The notes under the pieces were generated by a model, which worked only from the letters and a program-made list of their open reading frames with translations, was not told where the DNA came from and searched no databases. Below are positions 60,671 to 64,000 of a stretch of 64,000 bases of DNA, piece after piece. This stretch comes from Nitrospirota bacterium (GTDB lineage: Bacteria > Nitrospirota > UBA9217): NCBI GenBank assembly GCA_963751455.1, contig CAVVUN010000002.1:544001-608000 (forward strand), read 5' to 3'. Each line of letters begins with the position of its first letter. Position 1 is the stretch's first letter. The position numbers were made by a program, and so were the translations under genes.

Positions 60671-62473
60671 TTAAACCGGCACGGTGAACGTGAACGTGCT
60701 GCCCTTGCCGTGCGTGCTCGTTGCCCATATCCTGCCGCCATGGTGTTCGACGATCTGCCGTGATATGGCAAGACCGAGGCCGGTGCCTTCTATCGCGGCT
60801 GTAAGCTTGTCGTCCAACCGATGGAACTTCTCGAATATCAGCTCAAGATCGCCTGCCGGTATGCCCATGCCGGTATCCGAGATCTCTACAGCAATCTGCG
60901 CCCGCGGAGTTGTTTCATGACGTACCGCAATATGAATTGAGCCGCCTGCCGGCGTGAACTTGACCGCATTTGACAATATGTTCATCATCACCTGAATGAG
61001 GCGGTCCTGGTCCCCGGAGACTGGCGGGAGCGGCGGGCTAATCGCGGTTGTCACGCGCAGTCCTTTGTTCTCGAACAGCACACCCATGCTCATAATAACT
61101 GTCCCGATAACATCTTCGAGGGACACCTTGTCAATTTGCCACTTCATAGAGCCTGCTTCAATCCTGGCAAGATCGAGCAGGTCGGTTATCAGGCGCGTGA
61201 GCCGGTCTGTTTCGACGTTGATAGTGCTCATGAGCTTCACTCTCCGCTCTTGCGGCATCGTCTGCTTAATAAGAAGCAGTTCAACGAACGACTTTATGGT
61301 CGTGAGAGGAGTGCGCAATTCGTGAGAAACCATGGATATAAAGTTGGATTTCATTTTATCGATTGACTGAAGTTTATCATTTGCCTCCTGGAGTTTTGCG
61401 ATAAGTTGCTCCCGCTCCACCTCGGCGCGCTTGCGATCGGTGATGTCGTTCATCAGGCAGACTGTGGCCACAGGTTCTCCGCGTTCATTGTAAATGCTTG
61501 AGGTAGACAAACTCAGCACCCGCTCGTCACTTTCCCGGCGACGGTACATCAGCTCCCTGTTCTGAACCGTTCCGTTCCCAACGATGACTTCAAGTTGTTT
61601 CGCAAAATCGCTGCACTGTGTCATTCCCTGTGACGGCCGTTTTCCGATAAGGTCCTGTTCAGGATAGCCGAGCGTGCTGCAGGTTGCCCGGTTTACCAGC
61701 CTGACGACCCCGTCAGGATCAATAACAATCAGTGCGTCGTTCATGGTGTCGATGATCTCCTGTGCAGCAATCGCCGGTGTGATGTCTACCAGCCGATACC
61801 GCCAGATCGTGCGGGCCACCAGGATTACCATGCAGAACATCGGGAGCGGACTCAGGGGGTAATAGGGCACCCCGAGCGCAGGAAGGAAGTCGAAGGCGCC
61901 GAGATAGCCGATCCCAATGGCGACGAGGAATGCTTTTACGCGGCGCTGCTTCGTTGAATTCGGCACGGACTTCCGGAACTCAACCCAATACAGCCTGAGA
62001 ATGACGACTGTCATTGCAAAGAAATAGGCAACGAACAGGTAGGCAGGCCACCGGTATTCAAGAAAAATGCCCCAGCGGTAGTGGTAAAATCGTTCGAACA
62101 GGACGTTCGTAAGAAGTGTCAGCGCAAGAAAAAGTGCTGATATGATCCATGCAATACGTAAGTGCAGCCGGTTCTGTTTGTCGGTTCCCAGTACCTGGAC
62201 CGTAAAATGAAACAGTGCCGCAGGAATCGCCGTTACGCCTGTGTTGGCCAATTTTATCCATTGGAATGCAATCTGTTCCGAAGAAGAAAACCAGGACATC
62301 GAGGCGGAGAAAAGCCAGGTAGAGGCTGCAAGGGTGTAAATGAGATACAGGAGACTGACGCGCGAACCTTTTTCTCGAACAGCTACGATCAAGCCGAGGA
62401 ACAGGACGGAAAAAGCGGTGACCAGCGACGGCAGGGCATGGATATTAAAGGTATAATTCGATACAGAAAACAT
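60671..62473 (-). CDS. 7TM-PAS sensor histidine kinase
   Basis: Seven TM helices, PAS, SHELRTPL, NAVKFT, DTGMG, GTGLGL. Confidence 0.92.
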   Translation of the reverse strand: MFSVSNYTFNIHALPSLVTAFSVLFLGLIVAVREKGSRVSLLYLIYTLAASTWLFSASMSWFSSSEQIAFQWIKLANTGVTAIPAALFHFTVQVLGTDKQNRLHLRIAWIISALFLALTLLTNVLFERFYHYRWGIFLEYRWPAYLFVAYFFAMTVVILRLYWVEFRKSVPNSTKQRRVKAFLVAIGIGYLGAFDFLPALGVPYYPLSPLPMFCMVILVARTIWRYRLVDITPAIAAQEIIDTMNDALIVIDPDGVVRLVNRATCSTLGYPEQDLIGKRPSQGMTQCSDFAKQLEVIVGNGTVQNRELMYRRRESDERVLSLSTSSIYNERGEPVATVCLMNDITDRKRAEVEREQLIAKLQEANDKLQSIDKMKSNFISMVSHELRTPLTTIKSFVELLLIKQTMPQERRVKLMSTINVETDRLTRLITDLLDLARIEAGSMKWQIDKVSLEDVIGTVIMSMGVLFENKGLRVTTAISPPLPPVSGDQDRLIQVMMNILSNAVKFTPAGGSIHIAVRHETTPRAQIAVEISDTGMGIPAGDLELIFEKFHRLDDKLTAAIEGTGLGLAISRQIVEHHGGRIWATSTHGKGSTFTFTVPV

Positions 62474-62809
62474 CCCGTTTACCATACGACTGGCCTGCAT
62501 CATATGTGCAGCAGACTTGAAAACGAGTATATAGAAAAGGGAGCAGGTAGTCAACGCAGAACGGAGGTTCTCTGATAACGACGGCCAACTATTTATGTGA
62601 TATTTCAGGGAATACCACAACATTTTCGGGTCAGACCGCAAACTGTAGCGCAAAAAACGAGTATAAACAAAGGACGCAAAGAAAACAGCGTTTTTATTGC
62701 ACCAGAAACGATGGTCCGGGATGATGCAGGATTTTCGATTCCTTGACTTACATTCACGTCATGCTATCCTAAAAACAGGGAAGCTGAATGCACGGAGGCC
62801 GGTATTTTC

Positions 62810-63457
62810 ATGTCCGAAACCGCGATATCCACACTCTTTCTCGACATCGGCGGTGTTCTTCTTACGAACGGATGGGGCAGGAATTCCCGGAAACTGGCGG
62901 CAGCGAAGTTCAATTTCGATTTTGAGGACATGGACGAGCGGCATCATCTGACCTTCGACACCTATGAAGAAGGGAAATTAAGCCTCGATGAGTACCTGGA
63001 CCGCGTGATATTTCATTGCGAGCGTTCCTTCTCGAGGGACAAATTCAAAAGGTTCATGTTCGAGCAATCCCGGCCCTTTCCGGACATGATCGATCTTATT
63101 GCGGGAATCAAGCTGCGCTACGGACTGAAGATCGTGGCTGTGAATAACGAAGGACGGGAACTCTCGATCTACCGCATCCGAAAATTTGCCCTCGACGCCA
63201 TTATCGATATTTTCGTTTCCTCCTGTTTCGTGCATTTCCGCAAGCCCGATCCCGATTTTTACCGCATGGCGCTTGATATCGCCCATGCGGACCCGGCCGC
63301 TTCACTTTACATTGATGACCGGCAACTGTTTGCGGAAGTTGCGACGGCGCTCGGGATGGCGAAGAGCATCTATCACCGTTCGTACGAGGAGACCCGGATG
63401 GCGCTCGAAAGATACGGCCTCGCAATTGCGCAGCCGCCCGGTAAGCCCGAACAGTGA
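62810..63457 (+). CDS. HAD-family phosphatase
   Basis: FLDIGGVLL, NNEG, RKPD, YIDD. Confidence 0.9.
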   Translation: MSETAISTLFLDIGGVLLTNGWGRNSRKLAAAKFNFDFEDMDERHHLTFDTYEEGKLSLDEYLDRVIFHCERSFSRDKFKRFMFEQSRPFPDMIDLIAGIKLRYGLKIVAVNNEGRELSIYRIRKFALDAIIDIFVSSCFVHFRKPDPDFYRMALDIAHADPAASLYIDDRQLFAEVATALGMAKSIYHRSYEETRMALERYGLAIAQPPGKPEQ

Positions 63458-63537
63458 ATGAAAATGCCTCGTGAGGGCGCTCTGAATGCCACCTTACCTT
63501 AAAGGCGTTACACGTGAAAAACGGAAATGAACCCGAT

Positions 63538-64000
63538 ATGATCCTGGCCGGCGACGTGGGGGGAACGAACACCAGGCTCGGGCTCTTCCGCATGTCCAAG
63601 GCAAGACTGCAGCTGGTTGCGGTGGAAAAATTCCCGAGCAGGGATTATGACGGGCTGGAAACAATCATCAGCAGCTTTCTGGAAAATCGCGAGCCTGTGG
63701 CGGCGGCCTGCTTCGGTGTGGCGGGACCGGTCACGGAAGGGACCGCGATGGTCACCAATCTCGCCTGGACGATTTCGGAAAAAGCCCTGAGACGCTTTTT
63801 ATCGATAGGGACCGTCACCCTCATAAACGATCTGGTCGCGAACGCGTACGGCATAAGCGCGCTGCCGGCGAAAGACTTTGTATCGCTGAACAAGGGGAAA
63901 AAAGACCCGGATGGAAACGCAGGGCTGCTTTCTGCAGGCACCGGCCTGGGCGCATCAATCCTGTTCTGGAACGGGACCCGTTATATACCGTGCCCGTCGG
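63538..64000 (+). CDS. glk: Glucokinase (3'-truncated; not in ORF track)
   Basis: MILAGDVGGTNTRL, FGVAGPV, TNLAW, LINDL.ANAYG, SAGTGLG. Confidence 0.9.
   Translation, partial: MILAGDVGGTNTRLGLFRMSKARLQLVAVEKFPSRDYDGLETIISSFLENREPVAAACFGVAGPVTEGTAMVTNLAWTISEKALRRFLSIGTVTLINDLVANAYGISALPAKDFVSLNKGKKDPDGNAGLLSAGTGLGASILFWNGTRYIPCPS

Overview
64-kb bacterial chromosomal window of moderately high GC; gene content suggests an anaerobic Nitrospirota/Desulfobacterota-type organism (inference). Housekeeping genes: htpG, msrAB, an orphan topo IV/gyrase B subunit, trpEGDCFBA, accD, dus and glk. Accessory blocks: a glucosylglycerate compatible-solute cluster with both two-step and one-step routes; a Csu/sigma-type chaperone-usher pilus operon behind an IHF+sigma54 promoter; and a cyclic-nucleotide module (GAF-GAF-HD-GYP, Crp-like protein, CHASE2 cyclase, class II phosphodiesterase) inserted between trpA and accD. 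The strongest hidden signal is a rhodanese-ferritin/rubrerythrin fusion with an in-frame UGA at the catalytic position and a SECIS-like hairpin (probable selenoprotein, 54633-55472), translationally coupled to a SelD-associated-type FAD oxidoreductase. Also seen: two perfect intergenic CRP boxes, three MITE-like insertions with target-site duplications, many periodic-repeat hairpin elements, a long structured RNA candidate upstream of an FRG-domain gene, a secreted NGITYF-repeat protein, an uncalled small lipoprotein, and several gene relics. No rRNA, tRNA, CRISPR array or intact transposase was seen. All calls come from reading motifs; no database searches were run.
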